Below, in pieces: positions 62,584 to 64,000 of a stretch of DNA of 64,000 nucleotides. Under the pieces are notes generated by a model. It worked only from the letters and a program-made list of their open reading frames with translations. It searched no databases and was not told the origin of the DNA. Location of the stretch: the NCBI RefSeq assembly GCF_002571385.2, contig NW_019217912.1:381380-445379 (forward strand). The letters are read 5' to 3'. Source of the stretch: Stylophora pistillata (taxonomy: Eukaryota). Every line of letters begins with the position of its first letter. Position 1 is the first letter of the stretch. The position numbers and the translations under genes were made by a program.

Positions 62584-64000
62584 ATGCATGTGAAGCTAGT
62601 AACCGTTTTATGCCTCGTATTCGTCTCTTTGGCCTTAGTGGAAGGAAAGTCTATTAACAAGGAGAATGGTGAGGATGACTATATTTACATTTTGATGTTG
62701 TCATTGTTGATGAGAAGTAACGATTACATTTTGGAATTTTCAGTTGAGAATTCAGGGAAAAATCTAAAAGGAGAACAAAATAATATCATGGTAGAGCTGC
62801 AATCCGCAAATGAAAAGAGCGACTCTGGAGAAGGTAAGCGATTCGGTCAAGCTACGCGGTACACTCTTCAAAGAATCAAGACTGGCTGTGTTCTCTCGTA
62901 AAGGGTTTAGTGATACCGACGATAAAAGTCTTTTTCAACATTGCACCTTAGATAGATCATTACATCACATTTTTGTAGTATTCCACATGACCAAGACACT
63001 TTTACATAACTGGACCGTGTTGCAAAAGGCCCACACTGATGAAACAATCTTTCATTTCTCAGCTTTCTTTGTTCCTCCGTTTGAATTCTTTAACTATCTG
63101 ATTTAGTCTAAAACTCTTAGATACACAAAGAGAAGATATAGACTTCCAGAAGCTATAATTGTTCTTAGGATAAAACTTGGCCGAACCGTTTAATTTTGGA
63201 GAAATTAAGAAAGCATGCTTCTTTGCAAAGTCTCGGGTCGCTCAAAACTGACGATGATCTAAGAAAACAAATATGGAAACATACTAAACTTTGATGAATT
63301 GAAAGTTCACTCAGACACAACCAGCTGTGGTATAAAACGTTTTTTCTGGTTTTGAATGCAGACCTTCTCTTTTCGCACTTCATCCCCTAGAATCAAGTTT
63401 GTTTTGTGTTATAGAGTCTTTACTAGCCAGGCGGTTTGCGTCTACCCCCTTTGACTCATCGCTCTATCCGACAAAGTTGAAATAACTTTCAAAACGATCG
63501 TACTTGATGAAGGGTAAAGGATTGATTTGACTTATTTTCTGGTCATGCAGAGCAAAAAGTAAAGGATCCTTGTGTATGCAGAGGAAAACCTAAAAAGAAA
63601 TGTACTGAGGAGACGAAGAAATCAAAATGCCCTGAAAAATGTAGCAGTTTGTGCGCCGAAAATAAGGAATGTGAACACAAAGACCAACCCAAGAAATGTG
63701 AGCAAAAAGATCAACCCAAAAAATGTGAGCAAAAAGATCAACCCAAAAAATGTGACTGTAAGTCACAAGCAGAAAAATGCAAAAGTGTTGCCGCATCTGA
63801 AGGTGAGAAGAAATGTAAATGCAAGGGAGGAGAAGCCAAGGCAGGAATTCCAAGACCAGCACCCCACGCCGTAGGAGGCGCCATAATACCATTGTCTTCC
63901 ATATCGCCTCAGCTTGGTATCGGCAAAAAAGTCAATTCCTCAAAGAAGTGCTGCTGCGGTGATTGTTGTCACGATTGTTGCTGCGATTGCTGCCATGACT
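62584..64000 (+). CDS. Secreted Cys/Lys-rich protein, runs off window end; exons 62584-62668, 62744-62833, 63551->64000
   Basis: Signal MHVKLVTVLCLVFVSLALVEG. Exon 3 is open in a frame not in the ORF track: EQKVKDPCVCRGKPKKKC...(CEQKDQPKK)x3...SKKCCCGDCCHDCCCDCCHD. Confidence 0.72.

Overview
Eukaryotic, intron-rich, AT-rich animal genomic DNA. The repeat families (Penelope-like elements with minimal hammerheads, tRNA-Thr-derived repeats, short TTAA-bounded MITEs) and gene style suggest a scleractinian coral or related anthozoan; this is inference. The left third holds two conserved genes: a 5-exon M28B glutamate carboxypeptidase II/NAALADase-like type II membrane peptidase (+, 2207-8250) with an altered substrate pocket, and an 8-exon TspanC8-type tetraspanin (-, 9633-19514). 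From about 23.9 kb to the window end lies an uninterrupted cluster of at least 10 genes I cannot assign to any known family. All encode secreted precursors: signal peptide, charged propeptide, basic cleavage site, then a Gly/Tyr/Trp/Pro-rich or Cys/His-rich mature segment. They include a ~1260-aa modular polyprotein whose peptides are bracketed by KR/RQ sites and an [RK][SA]x[IV]P motif. Five genes share a phase-1 intron at a terminal Cys-Cys cluster, and three encode ultra-high-Cys/His proteins. This looks like a dedicated structural or secretory protein locus, possibly for cnidocyte capsule, tubule or spine proteins, analogous to keratin-associated or chorion gene clusters. Exon models were built by eye from GT-AG sites and frame continuity and are not transcript-validated.
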